Assembly (NCBI GenBank): GCA_044222185.1
Contig: JBGANV010000001.1
Span: 2,080,001 to 2,144,000, forward strand
DNA from: Planctomycetota bacterium
GTDB taxonomy: Bacteria > Planctomycetota > GCA-002687715 > CAIWVZ01
Reading direction: 5' to 3'
DNA: 64,000 nucleotides
The notes under the pieces were generated by a model. That model did no database searches. It was given only the letters and a program-made list of their open reading frames with translations, and was not told the DNA's origin. Numbering within the stretch: the first letter of the stretch is position 1; every line of letters begins with the position of its first letter. The translations under genes were made by a program, and so were the position numbers. Below, one piece after another: positions 18,892-28,921 of the stretch.

Positions 18892-20170
18892 GCCCGGACT
18901 TCAGGACCTTCTCCAGCACCTCGCTGAACAGGTCGACCTCGCGCAGCTGCGTGTACACGTTCGGGGAGATCCGCAGACCTTTGAACTGCGTGTGGTTGAT
19001 GCCCACGGTGAAGATGCCGTGCTTTTCCATGAGGTGCGACACGATCGCCGTCGGATCGACGTCATGGATCTCGACGAAGCCCAGGCCGCACGACTGCTGG
19101 GGGTCGTCCGGCGTCAGCACCTTCGCGTTGGAGACGTTCACGATCCGGTCCGCCCAGCGCTTGCGCAGAAAGCGGAGCCGCTCCGCCTTGCGCGCGATGC
19201 CGATCGCGTGGTTGAAGGCGATCGCTTCGCCGATGGCGTAGGGAATGGCGGACGGGTGGGTGCCGATCTCCTCGAACTTGCGGATGTCGTCCTTCTTTTC
19301 GTCCGGCGCGGCCATCAACGGCCACACGGATCCGATCTTCGACTTCCGCACGTAGAGGAACCCCGTGCCGATGGGCGCGCCCAGCCACTTGTGCAGACTC
19401 GTCGCGTAGTAGTCGCAGTCGAGCTCGTCGCGAGTGAACGGAAAGTGGGCGAATGCGTGGGCGCCATCGACGATGACCTCGATCCCCTTCTTGCGCGCCA
19501 TGTCGACGATCTCACGCACGGGATAGATCTGGCCCGTGAGGTTCGTGATGTGACACACCTCGATGACGCGTGTCTTCGGAGTGATCGCCTTCTCGAATGC
19601 CTTCGTGAGGTCGGACCACCGGTCCGGCGGCGCGGGCATCGGCAGCGGGTTGAAGAGGATGCCCTCGCGGGCGCGCCGCTGGCGCCAGCTCTGGGCCATG
19701 CGGGGATAGTTCTGATCGGTCGCCAGGACCTCGTCGCCGGGTTTCAGGTCGAGGCCGAAGATCAGCGCCTCCAACCCTTCGCTCGCGTTGCGAGTGATCG
19801 CCAGCTCTTCCGGGTCGCAGCCGAACATGCGCGCCAGATCCCGCCGCGTGCTCTCGAGCTTCGGATCCATCTGCCGCCACATGTAGTACGACGGGATCAG
19901 ATTCTGGATGTCGATCCCACGCTTCTCCGTGTCGATGACCCCGCGGGGGGCCGGTGCCACGCCACCGTTGTTGAGATTGATGATCTGGGGATCGACGGTG
20001 TACGCCTGCCGGATCGTGCCCCAATAGTCCTCGTCCCCCGCCAGCTCCGCCGGTGACTTGCCCTCCACGCTCCGGTTCTTGGCGAGGACGTCCGCGAGTG
20101 CCTCGGGACGCCGCATGGCGAGGGCCGCACCGGAACCGAGAATCTTCATGACGTCGCGACGGTTCAGCAT
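18884..20170 (-). CDS. Tat-exported class V PLP aminotransferase (isopenicillin N epimerase-like)
   Basis: MLNRRDVMK twin-arginine leader; INLNNGG, TRNASEG, VDGAH and SLHKW (PLP lysine). Confidence 0.9.
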   Translation of the reverse strand: MLNRRDVMKILGSGAALAMRRPEALADVLAKNRSVEGKSPAELAGDEDYWGTIRQAYTVDPQIINLNNGGVAPAPRGVIDTEKRGIDIQNLIPSYYMWRQMDPKLESTRRDLARMFGCDPEELAITRNASEGLEALIFGLDLKPGDEVLATDQNYPRMAQSWRQRRAREGILFNPLPMPAPPDRWSDLTKAFEKAITPKTRVIEVCHITNLTGQIYPVREIVDMARKKGIEVIVDGAHAFAHFPFTRDELDCDYYATSLHKWLGAPIGTGFLYVRKSKIGSVWPLMAAPDEKKDDIRKFEEIGTHPSAIPYAIGEAIAFNHAIGIARKAERLRFLRKRWADRIVNVSNAKVLTPDDPQQSCGLGFVEIHDVDPTAIVSHLMEKHGIFTVGINHTQFKGLRISPNVYTQLREVDLFSEVLEKVLKSGLK

Positions 20171-20293
20171 GGCGGTCTCCCCGTGGTTCGGCCGATCATC
20201 GCCCCGTCGCCCGGCGTTGGCAACGACGAAGTAGCCTCGGGGATTTCGTGAGTTAGCCTTGCCGCGCGAACCAGGACTCGAAAGGAGCCCCAA

Positions 20294-21493
20294 GTGTCAC
20301 GATCCGTCCTTCTCGCTCTCGCCTTCGTCGTCTGCGTGCCGGCCCAGACCGACACGAAACCCGTCACCGGCGGAGACCCGGTCATGCCGGCCGACACCGA
20401 AATCAAGACGACTCCGTCCGGACTCAAGTACTCCGTGCTGAAGGCAGGCAAGGCCGACGGCCGTACGCCTGGGCCGGGCGACAAGGTCCGCGTCCACTAC
20501 AGCGGCTGGCTGACGGACGGCAAGCTCTTCGACTCGTCGGTGAAGCGCGGGCAGCCGTTCGACTTCAGCGTCGGGTCCGGCGTCATCCAGGGATGGAGCG
20601 AAGCCGCCCAGCTCATGACCGAAGGGCAACGCATCAAGGTCACGATCCCGCCGAACCTCGGCTACGGCGAGCGCGGGTCGCCGCCGGTCATTCCGGCGAA
20701 CGCGACGCTCGTGTTCGAGATCGAGTTGCTCGACATCCTGGCGATCGCGCCCAAGCTCCCGGAGTCGCACGCCGACAAGCAGAAGACGACGGCCTCCGGT
20801 CTGAAGTACGAGGTGATCCAGGAAGGAAGCGGCGACTCGCCCAAGGAAGAGGACACCTGGGAGCTGAAGTACGCCTTCTGGAACGGCACGGGCAAACTGA
20901 TCGACTCGTCGGAGGCGAACGGTCGTCCGTTCAAGGGATCCGCGAAGACGATGCGCTTCAAGTTCCTGCAGGAGGCGCCGGCACTGATGAAGGTGGGCTC
21001 GAAGGTCCGCTTCGACGTCCCGCCCGAGCTTCTGTTCGGCGCGCAGGCGCGCGGCCCGGACCTCCCCGCCAACTCGGCGACGGTGTGGTTGCTCGAGCTC
21101 GTCCAGATCGTGAAGCCGCTGCCCATTCCCGAGTTCGCCAAGAGCGATCCGGCGAAGCTCCAGAAGACCGCGAGCGGCCTCCAGTACGAGGTGATCAAGG
21201 AAGGCACGGGCAAGACGCCCACGATGGGTCAGAAGGTGACGGTCCACTACGCCGGCTGGCTCATGGACGGCAAGCTCTTCGACTCGTCCTTCGGCCGCGG
21301 TGAGCCCATGTCCTTCACCCTCGGCGCCGTCATCAAGGGCTGGAACGAAGGCCTGCAGATGATGAAGGAAGGTTCGATCTACAAGCTCACGATCCCGCCC
21401 GAGCTGGCGTACGGATCGCAGGGCGCGCCGCCGACCATCCCGGCCGAGGCGACGCTCCTCTTCTACGTCGAGCTGATCAAAGTCGGCGAGTGA
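20294..21493 (+). CDS. Secreted FKBP-type peptidyl-prolyl isomerase with three tandem FKBP domains
   Basis: Signal peptide; VHY.GWL.DGKLFDSS and VI.GW.E motifs in domains 1 and 3, degenerate middle copy; SD AAAGGAG. Confidence 0.92.
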   Translation: MSRSVLLALAFVVCVPAQTDTKPVTGGDPVMPADTEIKTTPSGLKYSVLKAGKADGRTPGPGDKVRVHYSGWLTDGKLFDSSVKRGQPFDFSVGSGVIQGWSEAAQLMTEGQRIKVTIPPNLGYGERGSPPVIPANATLVFEIELLDILAIAPKLPESHADKQKTTASGLKYEVIQEGSGDSPKEEDTWELKYAFWNGTGKLIDSSEANGRPFKGSAKTMRFKFLQEAPALMKVGSKVRFDVPPELLFGAQARGPDLPANSATVWLLELVQIVKPLPIPEFAKSDPAKLQKTASGLQYEVIKEGTGKTPTMGQKVTVHYAGWLMDGKLFDSSFGRGEPMSFTLGAVIKGWNEGLQMMKEGSIYKLTIPPELAYGSQGAPPTIPAEATLLFYVELIKVGE

Positions 21494-21521
21494 TCGAACG
21501 GCTGCACTCCCGCAGCCCACG

Positions 21522-21911
21522 TTGCGGCGCGTCACTGCGCCGCCAAGCAACTCCACGAGCGGCAGCCGTCCCCACGGCGGGCCGCTCGCTTCGTCGATGG
21601 GGCGCGGTTCAGCGGGATTCTCGGCGCCGCTCTCCGTGTTCGAACCGAACGGCGCGCCCTGGGCGAAGGTCGCACCGAATGGCCCCGGCAACATTCCCGT
21701 GCCGCCGTTCGGTCACATCCTGATCGATCCGTCCTCGTCCATCGTGCTTGCACCCGGCACGATCACACCACCGTCGGGCACCACCGTCACCGTCAACGTC
21801 CCGCCGAACCCCGCGCTCGCGGGGTTCTCGGTCTGGTGGCAGGCCCTCATCGTCGAACCGGCCGGACCCCGGCTCACGGGCGCCGTCGTGACGACCGTGC
21901 TCTGGATTTGA
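21522..21911 (+). CDS. Small ORF or remnant consisting mainly of the shared C-terminal domain
   Basis: Ends VNVPPNPALAGFSVWWQALIVEPAGPRLTGAVVTTVLWI, matching the C-termini of other exported proteins here; no signal peptide; start uncertain. Confidence 0.45.
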   Translation: MRRVTAPPSNSTSGSRPHGGPLASSMGRGSAGFSAPLSVFEPNGAPWAKVAPNGPGNIPVPPFGHILIDPSSSIVLAPGTITPPSGTTVTVNVPPNPALAGFSVWWQALIVEPAGPRLTGAVVTTVLWI

Positions 21912-22054
21912 AACCCGCGCCTTTGCGTCGACGCGTCGGCGCATGCTGACCAGGAACGCGCCACGACGCCGCGTGTCGCGGTCCCCGACCGCGCGCGCAG
22001 GCCGCGTAAAACGCCGGTCGCGCGGCGCTCATGGTGGATCGAAAGGTCACAACC

Positions 22055-24982
22055 ATGCACCACAGGCTCCTGCTCGTCGTCGCCTCGCTCGCCTTCCCGG
22101 CGGCGAGCCAGATGACTCTCGTTTCCATCTCCCCGCCCTCCGCGATCGTCGGAGGTCCCGGCTTCACGCTCTCGCTCACCGGAAGCGGATTCGCGTCGAC
22201 GAACGTCGTGCTGTGGGACGGTGGCACGCTCGCCACGACGTTCTCCAACTCGACGCACCTGACGGCCGCGGTCCCGGCGGCGTTGATCGCGACGGCCGGC
22301 ACCGCCACCGTCCGCGTCAGGCAACTCCTTCCGACGCCCACCTTCTCCAACTCCCTCGTCTTCTCCATCAACAACCCCGCGCCGGTCCTCGCGACCGTGA
22401 CGCCATCGACGTTGCAGGTCGGCGCCGCATCGACGACGCTGACGATCACGGGGTCGGCCTTCAGCCCCGCGACCGTCGCGCGCATCGGATCCACGGACCT
22501 GTCGACGACCTTCGTCAGCTCGACGGTGATCCAGGCCGTGGTCCCGGGCAGCCTCACGAGCGTCACGGGGAACGTCCAGTTCTCGATCTTCAATCCAGCT
22601 CCGGGCGGTGGCACCTCGTCGGTCGTGAGCTTGAGCGTGCAGAATCCGCTGCCGGTCCTCTCATCCATCAGTCCGAATCAGGTCGGCGTCGGGAACGTCG
22701 CGGTCACGATCGTCGCGTCCGGCAGCGGGTTCGTCCCGGGATCCACCGTTCGACTGGGCGCCGGTGCCTTGTCGACGACGTTCGTCAGCTCCACGCAGCT
22801 CTCGGCCATCCTGCCCGCGTCGGCCCTCGGGAACGCAGGAACGAGCCAGATCTCCGTCACGTCGCCGACGCCCGGTGGCGGCACGAGCCTGGGGCAGCCG
22901 TTCACGGTGACGAATCCGGCTCCGACGCTCTCGAGCGCGACGCCCACGGTCGTGCCCGCCGGCACGGCCACGACGCTCACGCTCGTCGGGACGGGATTCA
23001 ACGCACAGACCGCGGTGCAGGCCGACGGCGGCGTGTTGCAGACGTTCCTCGTGAGCTCCACGCAGCTCACGGCGATATTCGTCCCGTCGATCGCGGGAGT
23101 CGGCAACCTCGTGGCGATCACGGTCGTGAATCCGTCCCCGGGCGGCGGCACGACCGCGGCTCAGACGCTGGCGATCGGCAACCCGATCCCATTGCTGTCG
23201 ATCGTGACACCGCCCACCGTCACGGCGACGACGACCGGCTTTGGGATCGCCGTGATCGGTTCGAGATTCGTGCCGACGAGCACCGTCCAGTGGGACTCCA
23301 CCACACTCTCGACGACGTTCGTCAATTCGCAGCAGCTGCTGGCGACGGTCCCACCCGGCTTCGCGACGATCGCCGCCGCGCACACCATCGCGGTCTTCAG
23401 CCCGGCGCCGGCCGGCGGCGTCTCGTCGACGAGGACGCTGACCGTCGAGAATCCGGTTCCGACGCTCACGTCGATCGAACCTGCGGCCGTTGCGGTCGGG
23501 ACTCCGGCCCTCACCATGTCCATCGTCGGCGCGGACTTCGTTCCGTCGAGCTCTGCGTTGGTGGACGGCGTCCCGGTCACCACCACGTTCATCGACTCGT
23601 CGTCCCTGATCGCGACCGTTCCCGCGTCGGCGCTTCTCGATCCAGCGGTGCGCCTCATCGCCGTCTCGAATCCAACGCCCGGCGGCGGCGTCACGGCCGC
23701 GCTCAGTCTCACCGCGGTGAACGCGATCCCGAGCATCACCTCCGTGAGTGCGGTGCAACCACCCCTCGTGGTCGACGGCCCGGAGACGCTTTCCATCGCC
23801 GGCTCGGGGTTCCACGACTTCTCCGTGGCGAAGCTCGATGGCGCCGCGTTGGCCACGACATTCGCCGGATCGTTGACGGGCCCTGCGACCTTGACGGCAA
23901 CCGTTCCGGCCAACTTCCTCGGTGTGGGTGGGCCGCACCAGCTCACGGTGTTCAACTCCGGTAACGGCGAAGGAGAGTCGGCGCCCGTCACGATCGTCTT
24001 CGAGAACCCCCACCCCGTGATCGCATCCCTGTCCCAGGCGTCGATCCCGGGAGGCAGCACCGACACGACCGTCGTCGTGAACGGCTCGGGGTTCGTCACA
24101 TCGACGGTCGCGACGCTTTCGGGATCGCCGGTGGCGTCGCTCTACTTCGGCCCGGGGACCATACACGTCGTCGTCCCCGCGGCGTTGGAGCGGGCGTCAC
24201 GGCAGTTCTCGCTGGGACTGACCAACTCGGGGCCCGGCGGAGGCAGCACATCGACCCCGCTCCTCGTCACGGGTCCCGTCGTCGCGTCCGTGGTTCCCGC
24301 AGCGGTCCCCGTTCTCGCGCCCGGCTCGACGCCGGTCTCCCTGACCGTGACCGGCGGGCCGTTCCAGCCCTCGGACACGATCCACCTGAACGGCGCAGCG
24401 TTCGCGACGAACCACCTGACGGCACCCACGCTGACGTGCACGCTCGATCCGAACGTGCTCGTGGTGCAATCGCCCGGCGGATTCGCGCTCACGGTCGTCC
24501 GTTCCGGCACCGCGGGGCTCGTCGCGTCGAATGCGGTTGGCGTCGCCGTCGGTTCGCCCGACAACGCCGGGACCGTCACGCTCGCGCCGCGGGCGCCTCC
24601 GCCCGGACAGGGGTTCAACGTTCGCGCCGAGTTCCCCGTCGGCTCCGTGCCGTTCACGCTTCTCGCGGAGATTCCGGCGCCGACGGCGCTCCTGCTCTCG
24701 ATCACTCCGTCGTTCGAGCTGGCGCTCGGGCCGGGCCTCGCGTCGCCCATCGTGCTCGTGGACGGGCTCGGTCTCTTCGGCCCCGCGTCGGGTGCGGTCA
24801 CCGCACCCGACGACCTGTCGGTCCTCGGCGGACCCGCCGCCCGCAGCCTCTTCGAGATCCCGGGACTCGTTGCGCCGTCGCCACCGCTCGGCACCACGTT
24901 CTCGCTCGCGGCGATCTTCGCGGACCCCTCGTCGCCGATCGGGCTGAACGTCACCCACATCGGTGGACCGCACGGAATGTGA
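22055..24982 (+). CDS. Secreted surface protein with about 9 IPT/TIG repeats and the shared C-terminal domain
   Basis: Signal peptide; repeated P.L.SI.P....G...LT..GS.F...LSTTFVSSTQL.A.NP.PGGG units; SD GAAAGG. Confidence 0.85.
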   Translation: MHHRLLLVVASLAFPAASQMTLVSISPPSAIVGGPGFTLSLTGSGFASTNVVLWDGGTLATTFSNSTHLTAAVPAALIATAGTATVRVRQLLPTPTFSNSLVFSINNPAPVLATVTPSTLQVGAASTTLTITGSAFSPATVARIGSTDLSTTFVSSTVIQAVVPGSLTSVTGNVQFSIFNPAPGGGTSSVVSLSVQNPLPVLSSISPNQVGVGNVAVTIVASGSGFVPGSTVRLGAGALSTTFVSSTQLSAILPASALGNAGTSQISVTSPTPGGGTSLGQPFTVTNPAPTLSSATPTVVPAGTATTLTLVGTGFNAQTAVQADGGVLQTFLVSSTQLTAIFVPSIAGVGNLVAITVVNPSPGGGTTAAQTLAIGNPIPLLSIVTPPTVTATTTGFGIAVIGSRFVPTSTVQWDSTTLSTTFVNSQQLLATVPPGFATIAAAHTIAVFSPAPAGGVSSTRTLTVENPVPTLTSIEPAAVAVGTPALTMSIVGADFVPSSSALVDGVPVTTTFIDSSSLIATVPASALLDPAVRLIAVSNPTPGGGVTAALSLTAVNAIPSITSVSAVQPPLVVDGPETLSIAGSGFHDFSVAKLDGAALATTFAGSLTGPATLTATVPANFLGVGGPHQLTVFNSGNGEGESAPVTIVFENPHPVIASLSQASIPGGSTDTTVVVNGSGFVTSTVATLSGSPVASLYFGPGTIHVVVPAALERASRQFSLGLTNSGPGGGSTSTPLLVTGPVVASVVPAAVPVLAPGSTPVSLTVTGGPFQPSDTIHLNGAAFATNHLTAPTLTCTLDPNVLVVQSPGGFALTVVRSGTAGLVASNAVGVAVGSPDNAGTVTLAPRAPPPGQGFNVRAEFPVGSVPFTLLAEIPAPTALLLSITPSFELALGPGLASPIVLVDGLGLFGPASGAVTAPDDLSVLGGPAARSLFEIPGLVAPSPPLGTTFSLAAIFADPSSPIGLNVTHIGGPHGM

Positions 24983-25195
24983 CGTCGGAGTCGAGGCCGC
25001 GGTGGCCGAGTGACCGCCGCGGTCGCTCGGCTCCGGCACTCCCGCGCACGACGTGCTACCGCCGTCGGCTCGGTGTTCCTGCGACTCATGTCCGCCTTCG
25101 CCTCGACGACGCGCCTGGGCCGAATCAGAAGCCGGACCGCTCGGCCTCGCACCCCGGCTAAGATCGCGACCGTCTCGATCGCAGGGAGGTGCCCC

Positions 25196-25882
25196 GTGAA
25201 AGTCGCCATCATGATCGCCGTCGTCGCGCTCGGCCTCGCGGGCTGCGGAGCCCCCGACTCCCGCCCCACGGCTGGCGCCTCGCCCGATGCGGCCGCATTC
25301 GCCCAGCTCCCCATCGAACTGACGGTGAACCAGCGGACGACGACGCCCCTTCCCGGATCCGTGGGCCCGATCAGGCTCACGATCGACGACGTCACGCGCG
25401 GTCAGGTGATGACGAGCCTGGCGGCGCACGAGGGGACGACGCTGCTCGCTCCGACGTCATTGCGCGAGGGCGATACCGCCCCGTTCCAGGCCGGATCGCG
25501 TACGTATTCACTGCGCCTGAAGACGCTCACCAACAACCTGATCGGAAACGACTCGGCCACGTTCGTCGTCGAGCCCGATGGCGCCGTGAGGCCCGCGAGC
25601 GCGACGATCGAGACGCTGATCACCGCCGTCGCGAACATGGACGGAGCGGTGTTCATCCGGAATGGAGCCGAGTACTCGGCCGGGGACGCCGCAGATCACC
25701 TCCGTGCCAAATGGCAGGCTGCTGGCGAGGCCGTGACCACCGTCGACGAGTTCCTGCGGCAGGTCGCCGGTGGTTCCTGGTTGACGGGAAAGCCGTATCG
25801 CGTGCGCTTCGCAGACGGTTCGACGCGCCTGCTCGTCGACGTTCTGCGTGAGCGCCGCGCGGAGATCGAACGCCACGACTGA
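25196..25882 (+). CDS. Lipoprotein with C-terminal DUF5329-like domain
   Basis: Lipobox LAGC; FIRNGAEY..A.DHLR.KW and EF...AGGSWLTGKPY motifs; SD GGGAGG. Confidence 0.75.
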   Translation: MKVAIMIAVVALGLAGCGAPDSRPTAGASPDAAAFAQLPIELTVNQRTTTPLPGSVGPIRLTIDDVTRGQVMTSLAAHEGTTLLAPTSLREGDTAPFQAGSRTYSLRLKTLTNNLIGNDSATFVVEPDGAVRPASATIETLITAVANMDGAVFIRNGAEYSAGDAADHLRAKWQAAGEAVTTVDEFLRQVAGGSWLTGKPYRVRFADGSTRLLVDVLRERRAEIERHD

Positions 25883-25942
25883 ATCGTCGCCATCGCCGAC
25901 GGAACCGGCGTGCGATCGTCACCTCTGTCGGGACCCCGCGCT

Positions 25943-26413
25943 CTAGAAGAACGACGCCGCCAGGCCGTTCGACATCTGGAAGCTGCTGCAGAGGCAGAAC
26001 GTGTCGAAGTGCCGTGCCGCGCCCTGAACGTAGACCACGATGCCGGCCAACGGTGGGCCGGACGGGAGTTGGAGCATCAACGTGTCACCCGACGACGACG
26101 GCCACTCGAGCACCGCGATGTCGGGATTGACGAGCAAGGAGCACCCCGTCCCGATCGTCGGGAGCGGAACGTTCGCAGGTGAGGTCCCCAGGGCGAACAC
26201 ACGCCCCACGAGATAGACGTTGCAGCAGACGGGCGACGCCTGAACGCGCAGACTGACGGCGCAGGCGTTGGGGTCATACGACCCCGAAAGGATTGGCACG
26301 ACTCCGAACGGGGCGCATCCCGCGCCATAGGACGAGAACGAGACGCCCGAGAGGTTGTTGCACTGCCCGAGTGCTGCTGCGCACACGATGACGGCGAGGA
26401 TTGCTGACTTCAT
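25943..26413 (-). CDS. Small secreted Cys-rich protein (signal peptide plus shared C-terminal domain only)
   Basis: MKSAILAVIVCAAALGQ; YGAGC...GCSLLVNPD...LPSGPPLAGIVVYVQG...MSNGL. Confidence 0.75.
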   Translation of the reverse strand: MKSAILAVIVCAAALGQCNNLSGVSFSSYGAGCAPFGVVPILSGSYDPNACAVSLRVQASPVCCNVYLVGRVFALGTSPANVPLPTIGTGCSLLVNPDIAVLEWPSSSGDTLMLQLPSGPPLAGIVVYVQGAARHFDTFCLCSSFQMSNGLAASFF

Positions 26414-26584
26414 GGGCGCCGATCGTACTGCGCAGGTTCCGGCTGATGAAAGCTGCGCCCTTCGGCCGGCGACGGGGATCACGCGACGACGCACAGGTCG
26501 TTCATCCACGATCCGCGTTCGACAGTCCGCACTGGCGCAAACCCCGTGAGTGGTCTATGTTCCGGCACCGACCGGAGGTCGCAA

Positions 26585-28834
26585 ATGAGGTTGAAGCGCG
26601 CCGCTTTGGCGTTCACACGAACGCCGAAGCGCTGGATCGACGGCTGGAGCCCGTGCCTCGACGCACGACGGCGCGGGCCCACGCCCGTGCTTCGAGCCAT
26701 CGTTGCGACCTTGTGCTTCGCCACGGCGTCGGCCGGAGAGCTGTCCGCCCAAGCCCACACGCGCGGAAGCGGTCAGATCATCCTCGCGTCGCGCTGGAAC
26801 GACGAACCGGTCGTGGAAGTCGCCGCCGGAAAGGACCACGCGTTGGCGCGCCGCGGCGACGGCACCGTCGTCGCCTGGGGGCGCAACGTCGAAGGCCAAT
26901 GCAACGTGCCAACCCTTCCGCCGGGCGTCGTCTTCGTCGCCATCGCCGCGGGCGGCAACAACTCGCTCGCGAAACGAAGCGATGGATTGGTCGTCGAGTG
27001 GGGCGACAACACGTTCAATCAGAACACGGTACCGGCACCGCCAGCCGGAACGTCCTACGTCGAGTTCTCCATGGGCCTGAGCTTCACGCTCGCGCGCCGG
27101 AGCGACGGAGTGGTCAGGGGCTGGGGTGCAACGACGTTCGGACAGGCCAACGTCCCCGCTCCAGCGGCGGGGGTGACGTACACGAGGTTCAAGGCCGGCG
27201 CCTACCACGGGATCGGCCTGCGCAGCAACGGAACGGTCGCGACGTGGGGGCTGTGCCTCGGCGGCGCATGCGCCGTCCCGTCACTGCCCGGTGGCGTCGT
27301 GTGGGTGGACGTCGCCGCTGGCGAAGGCTGGTCCACGGGACTGCGCAGTGACGGCTCCGTCGTGGGCTGGGGAAGCGGGACGACGTCGTCGATCGCGGCA
27401 TCGCTGGTGCCCGCTCTTCCACCAGGCGTGTTCTATGACGCCGTCCTGACGGGCTGGGGATTCCCGGTGGCACGCCTCACCGATGGAACCTACGTGGGTT
27501 GGGGTTACCTGGGAGCCAATGCTCCCGCTCCGCCTCCCCCGCCTGTTGGGATGTCATACACGAGCGTGGGCAGCGGGCGGCTCGCCGGCGTTGCTGCGCG
27601 ATCCGACGGACTTCTCGTCCCCTTCGGTGACAACGCAGCCGGGCAGATGAACGTGCCGGCGCTCCCGCCCGGGATCTCGTACTTCGATGTGAAGACGACC
27701 TCGACCCACACCCTCGCATTGCGAAGCGACGGCATCGTGGTCGCCTGGGGGACCAACGCGAACGGCGAGCTCTTCGTCCCCGCCTTCCCGCCAGGCGTCC
27801 TCGGCACCAAGATCGCCGCGGGTGCCACGCACAGTGCGGCCCTGCTGAGCGACGGGTCGATCACGGCCTGGGGCAATACGCAGAACAACCTCACGTTCAC
27901 TCCGCCGCTCCCGCCGGGGGTCACGTACACGGACGTCGCCGCGGGAGACCTGCACGACTTCGCGCAGCGCAGCGACGGAACGGTGGTGGCCTGGGGTGAC
28001 AACACCTACGGGCAGTTGAACATCCCCGCTCCGCCCAGCGGTCAGACCTACAACGTGATCGCCGCGGGACCGCGCAGCAGCTTCGCGGCGCGCAGCGACG
28101 GCGTGATGCTCGCGGCCGGGCAGAACCTCTACAACAACCTGAACGTGCCCGCGCTTCCGCCGGGCGTGTTCTACGTGCAGGTCGCGGCCTCGCTCGAGCA
28201 CACGCTCGCGCGGCTGAGCAACGGCACGGCCATCGCGTGGGGTTGGAATGCCTACGGCCAATGCAACGTGCCCGCGCTCCCGCCGGGAGTGAGCTACACC
28301 GACATCGCGGTCGGGAGCCAGTTCAGCCTGGCGCTACGCAGTGACGGCGTACTCGTGACCTGGGGGAACAACGGCGCGCACCAGCTCGACATCCCCCCGC
28401 TGCCGGCAGGCCTCGTGTACACGGGCATCGCCGCACGCGATGCGGAGGTCATCACGCTCGACAGTCCATCCGTGCCCGGCGTCCTCGAGCTCCACTTCTC
28501 ACAGCCATCGGGGCCCGGGACCGGCCTCGCCATCGCCGAGTTCGGCCTCACGGCGGGTCGCGAGTACCGCACGATCTTCAGCCTGGATCTCTGCCCCGCG
28601 GGTCCCGGGACGGGCCCGCTCGGCGGGTTGTGTTTCAACAACCTCTCGTTCCTCGGACTGCAGGTCCTCTACCCCGTCAACGCATTGCCGTTCCACTTCG
28701 CGCCGTTCGGGCCCGTCAACGTCTTCGGACCCTATCGGCTCCAACCGGGGCTCACGTTCGAAGCCATCACCGTGGACGTGACGAACGGGGTCCCGGGGCT
28801 GATATCACCAGCCGTGCGGTATTCGGTGCTCTGA
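26585..28834 (+). CDS. Secreted RCC1/BLIP-II-type beta-propeller repeat protein
   Basis: About 13-14 repeats of roughly 40 aa (AAG..H.LA.RSDG.VVAWG.N..GQ.NVPALPPG); SD GGAGG before ATG 26585 (GTG 26687 is an alternative). Confidence 0.88.
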   Translation: MRLKRAALAFTRTPKRWIDGWSPCLDARRRGPTPVLRAIVATLCFATASAGELSAQAHTRGSGQIILASRWNDEPVVEVAAGKDHALARRGDGTVVAWGRNVEGQCNVPTLPPGVVFVAIAAGGNNSLAKRSDGLVVEWGDNTFNQNTVPAPPAGTSYVEFSMGLSFTLARRSDGVVRGWGATTFGQANVPAPAAGVTYTRFKAGAYHGIGLRSNGTVATWGLCLGGACAVPSLPGGVVWVDVAAGEGWSTGLRSDGSVVGWGSGTTSSIAASLVPALPPGVFYDAVLTGWGFPVARLTDGTYVGWGYLGANAPAPPPPPVGMSYTSVGSGRLAGVAARSDGLLVPFGDNAAGQMNVPALPPGISYFDVKTTSTHTLALRSDGIVVAWGTNANGELFVPAFPPGVLGTKIAAGATHSAALLSDGSITAWGNTQNNLTFTPPLPPGVTYTDVAAGDLHDFAQRSDGTVVAWGDNTYGQLNIPAPPSGQTYNVIAAGPRSSFAARSDGVMLAAGQNLYNNLNVPALPPGVFYVQVAASLEHTLARLSNGTAIAWGWNAYGQCNVPALPPGVSYTDIAVGSQFSLALRSDGVLVTWGNNGAHQLDIPPLPAGLVYTGIAARDAEVITLDSPSVPGVLELHFSQPSGPGTGLAIAEFGLTAGREYRTIFSLDLCPAGPGTGPLGGLCFNNLSFLGLQVLYPVNALPFHFAPFGPVNVFGPYRLQPGLTFEAITVDVTNGVPGLISPAVRYSVL

Positions 28835-28921
28835 CGTCCGCGGCGCGTCCGCGTTGCGAACGTCCTCGGCCGGGCGGTGCCGCCGCGTGCGACGACATCG
28901 CGGCGGGCACACGCCGCGCCG

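Noticed and set aside
26800-28440. DNA repeats of about 120 bp period, also about 280 bp period in 22100-24500
   Set aside because: Explained by RCC1 and IPT/TIG protein repeats; no reverse transcriptase or TR/VR pair to suggest a diversity-generating retroelement
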